From: the human T2T-CHM13v2.0 reference genome, Homo sapiens
Reading direction: 5' to 3' (one strand)
Length of the DNA: 64,000 nucleotides
Assembly (NCBI RefSeq): GCF_009914755.1
Contig: NC_060926.1
Part shown: positions 32,520 to 46,509 of the stretch, one piece after another
Position numbering within the stretch: position 1 is the first letter of the stretch
How the letters are laid out: the number at the start of each line of letters is the position of its first letter
The notes under the pieces: generated by a model
What the model was told of the DNA's origin: nothing
The model's input: only the letters and a program-made list of their open reading frames with translations
Database searches by the model: none
Translations under genes and position numbers: made by a program

Positions 32520-33330
32520 ATACTCTGATTAAAATGCAGACAATGAAGTAAAACCTGGGGAGAGTAGAGTAGTTTCCTAGGATGCTAAGTAGATCAGTTT
32601 GGCTGGAGAGAATGCTAGACTATATATATTATGAATTGAATCATATTAAGGAATTTGAACTTTATCTTGTTCATAACAGAAAGTCAATGAAGTTTTGTGA
32701 GAAAGCGTTTGTGTTGTTTTGTTTACATTTTCTGTAGAGACAGCGCCTCGCTATGTTGTCCAGGCTTTTCCATTTAAGGAGAATATCTTTCAAGTTCTGA
32801 GTCACATTCTCGACCCATTGTGAGTGCTTCTCTGACCTCCTATTGCTTGTTTCTCTTCATTTGTGTTGCTTGCTTTGAAATGAAGGTTTGTGAGAAGGGG
32901 AGTGACAAGATCAATTTAGGGTTTTAGGAAGAGTAACCTTATTGTGGGAGATAGAATGGGTTGTTAGGGGGCAGGCCTGGCAGCAACGGTCCTGTTAGGA
33001 AGTGATTACTAAGGTATAAAAAAAATAAGGGCCAGAGTTAGGCAGCAGCAGTTAGATAAGGCAGAAGATTTGTGGATGTGAGAAAAGTGTAAAAGAAAAA
33101 ATTAATAAGATTTGGTGCCTAAGTAAAGATAAGCATTAAAGGAGAAAGGAATTGGAAACAACCTATAGGTACTAGACAAGGACTTTGGAAAATGAAAATA
33201 TCATTATCCAAAACAGAGCAGTGGGAATGTGAAGGTGGTTTGTGGCAAAGAAACCATGATAGGTTCAGGGCTAGACGGGTTGTCTTTGTTTTGATGGGAT
33301 ATATAAATAAAAGCCATATATCCAACGGGG
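32520..33330 (-). mobile_element. L2 fragment hosting the 32.7-kb insert
   Basis: ggaatttgaactttatc...tgaag...ggggagtgacaagatc...ttttaggaag resembles antisense L2. Confidence 0.7.
32765..32880 (+). repeat. 116-bp dispersed copy of 34060-34175
   Basis: Gapless manual alignment, 7 mismatches in 116 bp. Confidence 0.95.
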
Positions 33331-33682
33331 ATCTAGGAATAGATTTCCTAGGAGATCATACTCACAGAGGTAATAGTGTGTTTTGGACCTCTCCACCTGC
33401 ATATCCCACTGACACATCACAATCTACATGCCTAAAACTGAACTTTACTGTCATTCGGAAATGCAAATCTCAATTTGCATTGCTCTTCAAGGTGAATCAT
33501 GCTTTTAAGTACCCAGGCTACCAAACTCAGTTACCTCTAGTGTCTTCATCTCCCACTTGCCCCTCTCCCACAAGCAACTAGTCACCAAAACAGTGGATTC
33601 TAAGAGTCAAATATGTTGTGTGTCAATTCTTATTGCCATAATTAGTACTTCCATGATTTGTTCCCTTGGCTATCACGACAGT

Positions 33683-33828
33683 TTTTGTGTTGTAATATTT
33701 AAATTTTCTGCAGAGACAGGGTCTTACTTTGTTGCCCAGGCTGGTCTCAAACTCCGGGGTTCAAGTGATCCTCCTGCCTCAGCGTCCCGAAGTGCTGGGA
33801 TTAAAGGTGTGAGCCACTGCACCTGGCC
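33683..33828 (-). mobile_element. FLAM
   Basis: Antisense left monomer. Confidence 0.87.
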
Positions 33829-34950
33829 CACACCAGTTTTATAACAGGTTTTCTTGCCACATAAGTTTATTTTTCCACTGCTTAGAGAATGGAATTCAAA
33901 GTCTTTCTGGAATGAACCTACCTGTCCAACCTAATCCCTGAGAATCTTTATACAGCCCCAACACAAAAGCCCCACCAGCTTCTTCCTTTTCTTTCATGAT
34001 GCCAGGCATATCTGTGCCTGGGGTGCCTCTATTGATGCTATTTTATTATTTTGGAATACCTTTTTCACTTAAGGAGAATATCTTTCAAGTTCTCAGTCAC
34101 ATGCTAGACCCATTGTGAGTGCTTCTCTCACCTCCTATTGCTTGTTTCTCTTCACTTGTGTTGCTTGCTTTGAAAGCAAGAGCCTGAACCAGGGAGGTGG
34201 GAGTAGACGTGGGAAGAAGCAAAGGGCATAATAAAAATCTAAGCAAAGAATTGTGGGGCATAGAGAAGGAAGAAGTCAAAGAAAAACATATCAGTCTTGG
34301 CTGCTCTTGGTTGACTGGGAAGAATTACGGTGTACCAAAAACAAACAAACAAAACAAAACAAAACAAAACAAAAAGAAGGAAAGATTAATTTCGTTCTGA
34401 GCAGGTATGGGATGAGATACTAGCAATGAGTGTAAATTGGGCTAACTGATAAGTGAAAAGTTTTACAGAAATGAGAAGGGTGTTTCAAGCCAGAAAAAAA
34501 TATTTGGAAATTATATGCAAAGAGGTGGTACCAGATGTGTGATCTCCAAAGAAGAGGCCGTTAGAAGACCAGGTCTGAGGAGAGAGCTATAAGCATGTTA
34601 TCAATCTCAAAGGTGAGAGGAGGAAGTCCTATCAGCAAAAGAGCCTGCCATAGACTGGCCATGGAGGTGAAACGATGAATTTTTTAGTTTTCTTAAAAGG
34701 TAATTGTTTTGGTTTTTAAAATTTTATGAGAAATTTCCAATTTCTGAGATGTTGTGCTTTTCATTTGAAGAAACTGCTGATTCTTTGCTCAAATTGAGAT
34801 TCTTTTGATTGTAAATCTTAATAATTAGTGGTATGAAAATTCATTGTTTTTCCTTCAAAAGAGGGATTCCCTTCTTAAGTGAAGACATCTAACTAAAGTT
34901 TTGTAAGAAAAAAACAAACCAAAACTAACAACCATCAAAAATTAGGCCAT

Positions 34951-35248
<298 letters not shown>

Positions 35249-35340
35249 CTGGCCATAGAATTTAAAACAGAGTTGGTTAGTAGGGGCTGTTTTTTCACAT
35301 GATCTGTAACATACTGGGGTGAGGTGGTGGGCTAGAATAA

Positions 35341-35701
<361 letters not shown>

Positions 35702-36950
35702 TGAAAAGAACCTCTTCTTAGCATGAGATTCTTTGTTGTTTTTATAGATTTATTGAAACAAAAATATTATTAAAACTACATATTTTTATTGAATATTACA
35801 AAGAAATGTTAAAAAAATAAAAAATATGTTTGTTGTAACAACAACTTAATCCACAAATATGGAAGTAAGCCCCACTACCATATACAATTTGGAATACACC
35901 CTTTTAGACTTTTCAGAATACATACACAATCACATATACATATACCTTTTCTGTATGTGATTTGCCCAACTTCCACCATCTTATTTCCTATTTCCTGCTA
36001 AAAGTAACAAGCTACAGCAATTAACAACGACATTAATAAAGGTTACATTTGTACAGCATATCCACACATATTATGTTTCACAAGTGTTACAGGTTGAGTA
36101 CCCCTTATCTGAAAAGCTTGCAACCAGAAATTTTTTGGGTTTGAGATTTTTTTCCAATTTTGGACTATTTGCATGTACATGATAAGATATCATGGGGATG
36201 ATACCCAAGTCTAAACACAAAATTCATTTATGTTTTATATACACCTTATACACATACCTGAAGGTAATTTTATACAACATGTTTGGTCATTTTTGTGTAT
36301 GAAACAGTTACATTGAAACATCAGAAAGCAAAGGTGTCACTATCTTACCCACCCATGTGGACAATGTGTGGTTTTTTGGCATCACCATCATTCTTGACTT
36401 TGACTTTATATGCTACTGATAAGCAATTGTTTTCTTACACTTATTCACACATACATACAGGAAAAAGTATGACACACAATTAATACAGGGAAAAAATGAT
36501 GTGTTTGGGGTAACTGAGCGGCACAGCGACATCATCAGGATATTTGTACCAACTGTCAACAGCAAAACAAACAACTGTGGGCTTTCTGTCTCCACCTACA
36601 ATTAAAAGGTTTGGATTAAAAGGTTACTGTACACTGTACTTTTTTTTTTTTTTTTTTCTTCAGGTGAGAAGAAACATCAGAAGCAGTTGAGGGACCAGGA
36701 AGTGGGTCCTCTAGCAATGAGGAGACATTCTGCTGGATAGCTTTTTAAAATGTTTCCTCCAAAGTCATCTGCCTCATTAACAATGGTTTTTGTCTTAGAA
36801 GCCTCTGATTTTATTAACTGACATGACTTCTTGTTCTGTTATGAATACATGCTGCTTTCATCCTTCAATAAGCCCATCACACATTTTCAGCATGCTGCCT
36901 ATAGGTACTTTTTCTGCAATGTTAAGATCAACTTCATTGTCACCATCATC

Positions 36951-37278
36951 TTTTTGTTGTTGTTGTTTCTTTAATTTTCTTTGTAGAGACAGGGTCTCAC
37001 TCTTTCATCCAGGCTGGAGTGCAATGGCTTGATCATAAATTATAGATCATAGCTCACCGCAGCCTTGAACTCATGGGCTTATGTGATTCTCCCATCTCAG
37101 CCTCCCAAGTAACTAGGACTACAGGTGTGTGCCTCCATGCCCAGCAAACTTTTAATTTTTTGTAGAGATGGGAGTCTCCTATGTTGCCCAGGCCAGTCTT
37201 GAACTCATGGGCTCAAGTGACCTTCCACGTTGGCCTCCCAAAGCACTGGGGTTATAGGTGTAAGCCACCATGCCTGGA
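36951..37278 (-). mobile_element. AluJ in Tigger4
   Basis: TSD tcaccatcat. Confidence 0.9.
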
Positions 37279-38292
37279 CTATCACCATCATACTGATTCA
37301 GAGTCATTTCAGCTATTTCACCATTGGTTGATAAATGAACAACTGGAGACTTATTATTCATGTTAAAAATTTCTTCAATATCCACTTTTTCCAGCTTACT
37401 TACAACAGCCTCTGAAAATATATTTTTTGCATATGTAAGAAGGTCAGAGACATTTTTTTCTCACTTGACTTAGGGAATTCTTCAAAGTCACCACTTTGTT
37501 CATCATCAACTCTGAACATAGTGGCAGGCCAGAGGTTGTGTCAGGCATGTACACTGTGCCTTTAGTCATTGTGTTGTAAGTGTTGGCAACAGCATATATG
37601 TCATCTTTCATGCTAAACCCCTCTTGAAAATCTTCCACACCCACACCTCTGTTCACTGCTGCTAGCATATTGTTCAAGAAAATGTTTTTATATTTACTCT
37701 TCATTGACCTAAAGATACCTGAGTCACATGGCTAAATTACTGAAGTCACATTTGGGAGAAAGTACATGGTATAAACATTATTTCTGGTGAGAATTTCAAC
37801 TAAGGATGAGCAGAACTGTTGTCAAGGAATAGCAAAATCTTGCAGTGATCATCTAGTTTAGCACAAGCCATCTACAGTAAGCCATCTACAGTAAGCACAA
37901 GCCACTGGTACAAAATGTGAACCCAATCAGAAAAAGATTCCATGGTGATCCATCTCTTTTTGTTAATATAATAAAGAACCAGTAAGAAATTCACTCCTTG
38001 AAAACAGGGAGGATGTAAGCTTTTGCCTATCACAGTAAGTTTACACTTATGCACGCCTGCTGCATTAGCACATCCCAGCACAGTTATTCTGTCCTTGGCA
38101 GCCTTAATTCCTGTAGATGCTGTCTCATCAGCTGTAGTCAATGTCTTTCTGGGACAATAATGCCAGAGCAGCGATGTCTCATCAGCATTATAGACTTGTT
38201 CTGGCATCCAATTTTCATAACCAATGACCTTGGCAAACTCATCAAAGAGTTTCTCCACTGCTTTGTGATTAGCAGATGCTTTACCACCACAA

Positions 38293-38572
38293 TTTTTTTT
38301 TCTCTTTTTGAGACAGTCTCACTTTATTGTGCAGGCTGGAGTGCAGTGGCATGATCTCGGCTCACTGCAACCTCCGCCTCCCAGGTTGAAGTGATTCTGA
38401 GTAGCTGGGATTACAGGCATGTGCCACCATGCCTGGCTAATTTTCGTATTTTCAGTAGAGATGGGGTTTCATCATGTTACTCAGGCTGGTCTCAAACTCC
38501 TGACCTCAGGCAATCTGCCTGCCTCTGCCTCCCAAAGTTCTGGGATTACAGGCGTGAGCCACCGTACCTGGT
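38293..38572 (-). mobile_element. AluS in Tigger4 transposase
   Basis: TSD caccacaa. Confidence 0.9.
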
Positions 38573-40738
38573 ATGTCACCACAAATTTTCGAAAACTTAA
38601 TGCTATGTTTTTTCTTAAATTTCTGGAATGAATTTCTTACCAGTCCGTTATTATGCTAACAAAAAGACATGGATCCCCAGGGACATCATTTTTGATTGGT
38701 TTCATAAACATTTTGTACCAGCCTGTTGAATATTCACCAGTTCCCTTCAATTTTTAGTTTATCATGATAAATCTTCACTTGTTTTATGATCAGCATATTG
38801 TTAAGTGGCATAAGTTCACCACGACACTGACAGACCTACTCTTTCAGTACATAATCAAGATCTTCATTTTTAGCTTTATGCAGTGTTTTTCTATTTTTCA
38901 TTGACTTCTGTTCATCACTTCAGCATAGAACTTAAACAGTTTATCCTTCTGTTCCTTCAGGTCACATATGGAGGTCATTCCAACACCATACTCTTGTTTA
39001 AGACATTCCACACTTACACTGCTGTCCAGTTTCTCCAACAGCTTGACTTTCTGTGTACTTTGGATAAACATAAATGCTTCCTCTTTTTCTTATCACTGTT
39101 ACCCAGAGGAGTTATCTGCAGGCACTTTTGACATGTTCAACAAATTTTCACACCACAAAGCAGAGAATAAGCAAAAACCCACAGTGAGTAATGCATGTAG
39201 GTTTTGGCCTTGTGTAGGGCATCATGGGGAATCTGCCATTGGTGTGTCTGGCCTGCACATGTGCCATTTTATTAACCTTGGTGGGTGTGCTTGTGTGGGG
39301 AAGTCTGGGTATGTATGGAAAAGATGTCAAAGTTAACAAGGGGCTGAGAGGGTCTTTTTTCCTTTGGGAATGCTGAAAAACTCTGTGTTATGTGCCTGTG
39401 TTTTGACCGCGACCAATCACATGAGGTCAGGTGTGGAGTTTCTATTCGTGGTGTCATGCCAGTGCTCAAACAGTTTCTTATTTTAGAGCATTTCAGATTT
39501 CAGATTTTCAGATTAGGGATGCTCAACCTGCATATCATAGATCTTCACTCTGTTGATCAGAAGTAAGCGGGGTAGGATTATTAGTGTCATTTTATAGAGG
39601 ATGTCACTTCCCCCAAGTCTCATAGTTACTTGTGTTGAAAAGGTTGCCACTGGACTCAGGTTCTTCACACCAAATTCTGAATTTATTTTCTACATCACCC
39701 CATTTTCCACAGGGTGGTTTCCACAGTCAGGTCTCCCCAGCCTCTACTAAGGTGTTCTGCAGAGTAGGTCAGCATAAAACTTGGATTAGGTTAGAAACTG
39801 AACATTACCATACAGTTGCCTAGTGGTTTTCTTTAGTTGGGAGAAGGGTGACCTTCCCAGCTTGATCTGCCAAATATCTGGATCACATCTTGAAGTGATG
39901 ACAATGGAAGGTACAATAAGTGCTACAGGACTCCAGAGTGAGGTATCTGTACATGATCTAGCTAATAAATAATGCTGGCAATGGGCACATCTATCATTGG
40001 ACAATGTGTTAATGAAAAGAAATTTGGGGGGAGATACATGATGTAGTGTAGTGGAAAGAGCGCTATTATCTTTTGTTTCTGAGACATATAATTTTCTTAC
40101 ATTTTAATGCTTGGAAATAGGCATTACAAATCTTACAAATCCATGAGTCTTTGATTTGGTAAAAAGCAGTAAATGGAAACTCATTAAAAATAGCTTCTTT
40201 GTCTAAACTCTTACATTTCCCCATCTTGGGCAGGCCATTTAACCTCTCAGTGCTGTGACATGAGGTGACATATATAAAGCTCACTACGGGCTACACAGGA
40301 GGTGCTGTTAATAATAACTAACATTTATTGAGGGTTTACCCTGTTCCACTGACTATTCTTAGCACTTCGAGAGGATTTTCTCATTTAATCCTCACAGCAA
40401 AACTCTAAGGAAAGCTCTATAAATATCCCAGTGTTCTAGATGAGCAAAGTGAGATTTAGAAAGTTCAAATGAATATAGCTATAGGTTAAAAGCTGGTAAG
40501 TGGCTAAAATGGGAATTGAACCAGGTAGTACCAGGCCAGAGGCTCCCTCAAACTCCAGTGCTGTTTCCCTACTTGCTATGTGTTAGTTTACAGCATTTTC
40601 CTGATTCCTTTCCTACTCCTCTGTGTGTTTGCTAGCAGATTTTGATTTATTATAAACTCAGATGCCCTCGGGATTATAAACATGGAGCTGGTAAGGGATG
40701 GTAAACATTAGGGATGGTAAACAATATGGACCTAATTC

Positions 40739-40741
<3 letters not shown>

Positions 40742-40779
<38 letters not shown>
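40742..40779. repeat. (CA)n microsatellite
   Basis: About 19 perfect AC units. Confidence 0.97.
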
Positions 40780-40780
<1 letters not shown>

Positions 40781-41627
40781 AGACTGACCTTTGGATTGCC
40801 TTTTGCACAGTGGCAAAAAATTAAACAACAAATCAAATTAAACAAACCAAACAAGAAAAAAACAAAAACAAAAAAACCCAAATAAACTTGCACTGGCTCT
40901 TTATGAAGTAAAACAAAGAAAAATATGAAAAAAGCAAGCTAAGGATAAAACAATAAAAGTAAAGCAAATTAAATTTATTTAAAAATCTTGTGATGTCCAA
41001 ACAAATGTATTGACTTCAGCTGCCTGTTTGGGAACTTTCCTTAAGTCTGCAGTAAGAATACATATCCTAGATTGATCACAGAAGTACCTGGAAAAATTTA
41101 AAGGCAAAAGAGATACTAAAGGGAAGGAGAAGGCAGCCCAGAAGGGATTTGTAAATTCCCAAAGAGGTCTCCACAAGACTGAGTATTTCCTATCAAATAA
41201 TGGGTACTTTCTCTGCCATTGTCTTACGCATCTTTGCCTTGTCTCTGTGGAGAAGGGATTGAGAGTTCCATTTTACAGATTACTGGATAAAGCCTTTAGG
41301 TAGTGAGACACTTGCCCAAGGGCTTTGAAGCCTCAGCTTTTCCCGTATATTCAGCTGGGGGTAGATGTGGATATATCACAAAGCTTGTCCTCAGTCGCAC
41401 TAGATCTTTCCGAAGCCCTGAACCTGATTTTATTCATAAGATTCTGTTTCTTAATTTGGGGAACCCTCCGAACTGTATAAATGTAATACCCCAAAACCCA
41501 GATCTACACCTGTATGGAAGTCAAAGGCTGTGACAACATGCTATTTTGAGCAAGTCAACCTCAACTTTTCCTTCGGGTGTGGAGAATGGCAGGAACGCAA
41601 GGATCTCTGGCCAGCTTCAACGATGGC

Positions 41628-41637
41628 GGGACTTTCC
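41628..41637 (+). promoter_or_regulatory. Consensus NF-kB site GGGACTTTCC (function unknown)
   Basis: Exact motif match in apparently non-repeat sequence. Confidence 0.3.
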
Positions 41638-42289
41638 CGCATTTCACCTGGATGTCCTTCCTGTAAACTTAGTATTTAACGATCCTACACTGGCTCAACT
41701 CACAGAGTTGCTTGGTGGGCAATGTTGACGATATTTTTACAGCTCTGGTTTTTCTATTAATTGCAAAGTTACCCCTAGTCTGCAGGAAATGAGATGCCAA
41801 AAGGAAGAGGAGTGGATCCCTTCCAGACCTCCACAACTCTTAGATTATACTAAACCAGGAGGAAAAACCCTCTTTAGCATATGAAAGGGAAGGCAATTGT
41901 ATTACTAAGCCTCACTCCACCGCCTCCAGACTTTTCTCAGTCAGAGAACAAAGGGCAAAAAGCAAACACCACTTCATACCCCTATTCACTGGAGGTTAAA
42001 AGAGACCTCCCACTATACAAAAGTGTTTCTAAAGGTCAGTTTGGGAGTGTATTGAGGAGGAGGGCACTGGCTGGGGAACAAAATGTTTACCATCACCCTC
42101 AGGCGGGCTGCTTCTGTTTTTCTTTCAGCACGTGCATGAGGTCCATCAGTCAGAATTGGACATTTTCATCCCTGATTAGCTGCTGGTGGTCAAATTATAC
42201 TTCCTTGGCCCTCTGAGGTCTTTTTCTGATTCTTGATTCCAGTTGAACTAAGAAAGTGGGGCCACCCTGAGCCAAGACAACTCCCAGGG

Positions 42290-43640
42290 AATGATTATTC
42301 ATTCATATTCATTAAGTCAACAGATACTGATTGAATGCCTAATGTGCATCCAGCACTGTGCTAGGCCCTGAAAGCATGTAACAATGCACAGAGCCGATAC
42401 AGTTGTTTGTATAACTTCAATTCAATTGGGAAGACTGACATTGAATGATGAAACACACCCTTCATTATTTAAATACAACTGTGATAAATGTTTAAAGGAG
42501 CATGATGTGCAACGAGAGCTTAACAGGAGAGCTGCTAATCTCATTTGGGCTGTGAGAGAAGGGGCTTTTTTGAGGAAGCAAAAGAGTAGGAGTTAGCTAT
42601 ATGCCAGGGCAGTTGAGATCATGCTGGGTATAGGGGTGGACAGCAGGCAAAAAAGGCCCCGAGTTGGAAAAAATATAGCCTGGCACAGGAATTGGAAAGA
42701 GACTAATGTGGCTGGCGTCCACAAGGGAAGGCAGAATGGGGCTGGAGACTAGGCAGCGGGGGAACTTCCGCAGGGCTTTGTACTCTGTAGGCTTTTGCAT
42801 TCTGTCTCTAAAGCAATGGGGAGCTAGTTATGGGCTTTAATGAGGGAGGTGACTTATGAGGTTTGCAGTGTAAAGGAAGAGTTTTAGGGGGCCAGAGATT
42901 TACTTTGACATAGTAAACTATGTCAGAAGACGAGAAGAGAAGTTCTCAAATTTTAAAGAATTTTGCCTGGAGACCTTGTTAAAATGCAGATTTCTGATTT
43001 AGTGGGTCTCAGGTAGAGCCTGGGATTCTGCATTTTTAACAAGCTTCCAGGTGCCGTGCTGCTGGTCCACACTACAAACACTTGAATCACAAAATTTTAG
43101 GTCAGGGTTGCAATGGAGATGAAGAAAAGCAGATAAATTGAGAGTTATTATGTGGGAAGTGAGTGAAAATACCAAGATATCTTGCAGGTCTCTAACTTGG
43201 GTAACTGAGTGGAAGGGGGTGGTATTTACTGAGATAGGATTCACCAAAGAAGAAAGAGCAAGTTTGGGTGGGAGGTGAAAAACTCAGTTTTGGATACGTT
43301 GACTTTGATGTGTCTTAGGAATATCCAAGTAGGCAATGGTACATATGGATCTGAAACTCAAGGCAGAGGAGGAAGCTGGAGATACAAATTTAGGAGTCAT
43401 CAATATGTAAATGGTAATTAAAACTATAAAAATGGATACTATCAGCCTAGGGAGCATACAGCAGGGGTTAAAAACTCAAATTTGGCCTGTTGGCCATCTG
43501 TTGGCCTTCTTTTAAATATCTTGGAAAGAGAAGAGGACCAGGACCAAGCAAGAATTTAACAACTCAGTGGGATGAGGATGTCAGCAAAGAAATCTAAGAA
43601 GATACCAAGTTGGAAGAAAAACCATGTCAATATCCAAGAG
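42290..43640 (-). mobile_element. L2 with nested MER5A-like piece (about 42940-43090)
   Basis: attcattcatattcatt...ttgaatgcctaatgtgc; gcaatggggagc; ctcagttttggatacgttgactttga; ggctggagat-like motifs. Confidence 0.8.
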
Positions 43641-44364
43641 TTGTTTCCTTTCTTTCTTACTAACAGAACAGGTTTTAGACTTGAAGATGGCTTTAGATCC
43701 AGGAAAGCAGATCCTTCCTTAGCCCCAGTAGCTGAGTCATGATTATCTAAACCATACATGATCATCTCGTTCCACTTTACCTGAAATTCTTTCAGCAGTG
43801 GGCTCTGGCCAAATTCTGACCAGTGAGATAAAGGAAGTAGGCTTGGATGAGTGAAGATTCAAGGAAGGCATTTTTCTTTCCAATAAAAAGGAGAACAAGC
43901 AAAGAGCTTCATGGTACCACTGCCTGCATACACCACCACCTCAACCCTTTTCTTCCTGCTTGGAACTCAAACGCAATGTCAGAACGATGTCAGACATCAT
44001 AGGACTGAGAAGAGATAAGATAAGGGTGAAAACAGCTAAGGGTGGCAGAATAAAAAAACTGAAGAGTACCTGTGTTGCCAGAGCTGAGCTACTGACTTGC
44101 TCTGGAACTACCTCTCTTCAGTCCATGGTGTTAAGTGAGATGGTAAATGCCTATACTGCTTTAGCTACTGGTAGATGGTTCTGTCACTTGCAGCTGAATA
44201 TATTTCTTATGTTAATTAGTGTATATCTTATCATGACATTGAGTAATGTAGTTCTGGAGCTAGATAGACATGGTTCAGATAGATACAGTATTTTACTTTG
44301 GACATTTTTTGTGTTTCCTCAGTTTCCTCACCTGCAAAATGTAGATACTAAATATTATCTCTCT

Positions 44365-44900
44365 CAAGAACTCTCATATACTGTTGGTGGGAGTGTAAAT
44401 TAGTAAAGCTACTTTGAAAAGTAATTTGGCAAGATTTCCTAAAACTGAAAATATATATAGCCTAAGGCAATTCTACTTCTAGGTAAATCTTAGAGAGACT
44501 GTTGCACAATGCATGGAGAGATGTGTACAAGATTATTCATTGAAGTTTTTTTTTTTGTATTAGGAAAGAATTAGAAACAGTCTAGATATCTGTCAAGAGA
44601 AAATACCTAAGTAAGGTACAGTATATTGATATGATCACATACAATGGAGCAGTTTAAACAGATGAACTAGCTCTCTCTATATATATCAACGTGGATGAAT
44701 CTCAGAAACATAATGCTGAGTAAAAAAAGCAAATTGCAGAGTGAGACATACAGTATGATTCATTTATATACAGTTTAAAAGCAGACACTATACTACATAT
44801 TTTTACGGATCTGTAAGTCTATGGAAAGTAGATTGGAAGGACACACATTAGATACACTTGGGGATGAAGGATAAAGAAGATAAAAAATAGGGGTCATGTC
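44365..44900 (+). mobile_element. Old L1ME fragment inside a MIR
   Basis: ctgttggtgggagtgtaaattagt...gcaattctacttctaggta...ggatgaatctcagaaacataatgctgag. Confidence 0.75.
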
Positions 44901-45888
44901 TAGACAGATGATTATATCATGCCCGTAACAGAAAAGAATGACTGATTGAATCAATTCAGCTCTGAGACTCTGCAGCTCAACCTTAGATACAAAATAAAAC
45001 AAAACAAAACATAATAGTATTGCTCTTCCAGGATTAAGTGACATAATAGCCCAATGTCTGGCACATAGTAAGGGTTTAACAAATGGTGGTCATCATTATT
45101 ATTATGCTCGCCTGCTGTGCTCTGCCTTTTTGCTTTCCATAGGCTCTTTCTAATACAATAATCTTAGAAGGGGAGTGTGGTTGGGTACTTCTCTGTGCAC
45201 CTAAATTTCCAGTTCTCATTTATTAGCTTGAGGGTTATAAAAGCCAAAGGCTTGGTTTGGGGCCAGGTATTGATGTGCATTGAGGCTACTCTAATGGGTT
45301 AAAAAAAGTGCTTCCAGGCACATACACAACGGCAGCCCACATCAATTCACCAAATAACCACAAGAAGAGAAACACCTTACTAGCATAAGTCCTTGCATTT
45401 TGCATAAGTAGCTTATATTAATCAGGACTAGATTGGGCAAAAATGGAAATTTATTGGTGAATATATGAATTGGGAAGTTCAAGAAAAATAACTGGCTTCA
45501 GCTTTCTAAACTACACTGGGGAATTCTCATTGCCTTGCACCTAATTCTGCTATTTCCACAGCAGTTCTGTTGCTTGCAGTGCTCACTCCCAGCTACCATT
45601 GCTGAATCAGTTCTGCAAAAAACTGAAAGAAGCTCTGACTCACCTAGATGGAAAAAGGAATTTATTGGAAGGACACTTTATAGCTTACAGAATTAAAGGA
45701 AACACTGATGAGCCAGGTCTTGGGAAGAAAGAGGAGCAGGAAGCTACCGAATCTTAGTCAGAAATATACATACCTTCTTTCCTTAGGTCATGCCATGAGA
45801 ATAACCCCATTTCACCCACCTAGAGTCTCTCTGTCATTCTCCCTGGAGAGTCTGATTGGCTTGGTTTGGTAGAGGGCCCTGTGCTTGA

Positions 45889-46186
<298 letters not shown>

Positions 46187-46212
46187 TTGACTTTCCTATT
46201 AAGACTGCCTAG

Positions 46213-46457
46213 ATGGGTGGATCACCTGAGATCAGGAGTTTCACACCAGCCTGGCCAAAATGGTGAAACCCCGTCTTTACTAAGAATACAAAAATTAGCT
46301 GGGCACGGTGGCAGGCACCTGTAATCTCAGCTACTGGAGAGGCTGAGGCAGGAGAATCACTTGAACCTGGGAGGCGAAGGTTCCAATGAGCCGAGATCAT
46401 GCCACTGTGCACTCCAGCCTGGGTGACAAAGTGAGACTCTGTCTAAAAAAAAAAAAA
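46213..46457 (+). mobile_element. 5'-truncated AluS
   Basis: Starts gggtggatcacctgag; A tail; cctaga on both sides. Confidence 0.9.
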
Positions 46458-46509
46458 TGCTTCCTAGAATTGGAAAGCTGCTTCCAAAATAAGGGGTACG
46501 GATGCTGGT

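Larger units (their letters stand above)
36090..39530 (-). mobile_element. Tigger4 (Zombi), full-length pogo-type DNA transposon, transposase disrupted
   Basis: TIRs caggttgagtacccct / agggatgctcaacctg; TA on the left; ORF 37872-38258 has VYNADET...KDRITVLGCANAAG (pogo DDE_1). Confidence 0.9.

Noticed and set aside
37861-37905. 14-bp tandem duplication aagccatctacagt in Tigger4
   Set aside because: Ordinary slippage in neutral DNA
43960-44403. 147-aa ORF
   Set aside because: Non-ATG start; crosses MaLR-like, MIR and L1 fragments; no recognisable domain
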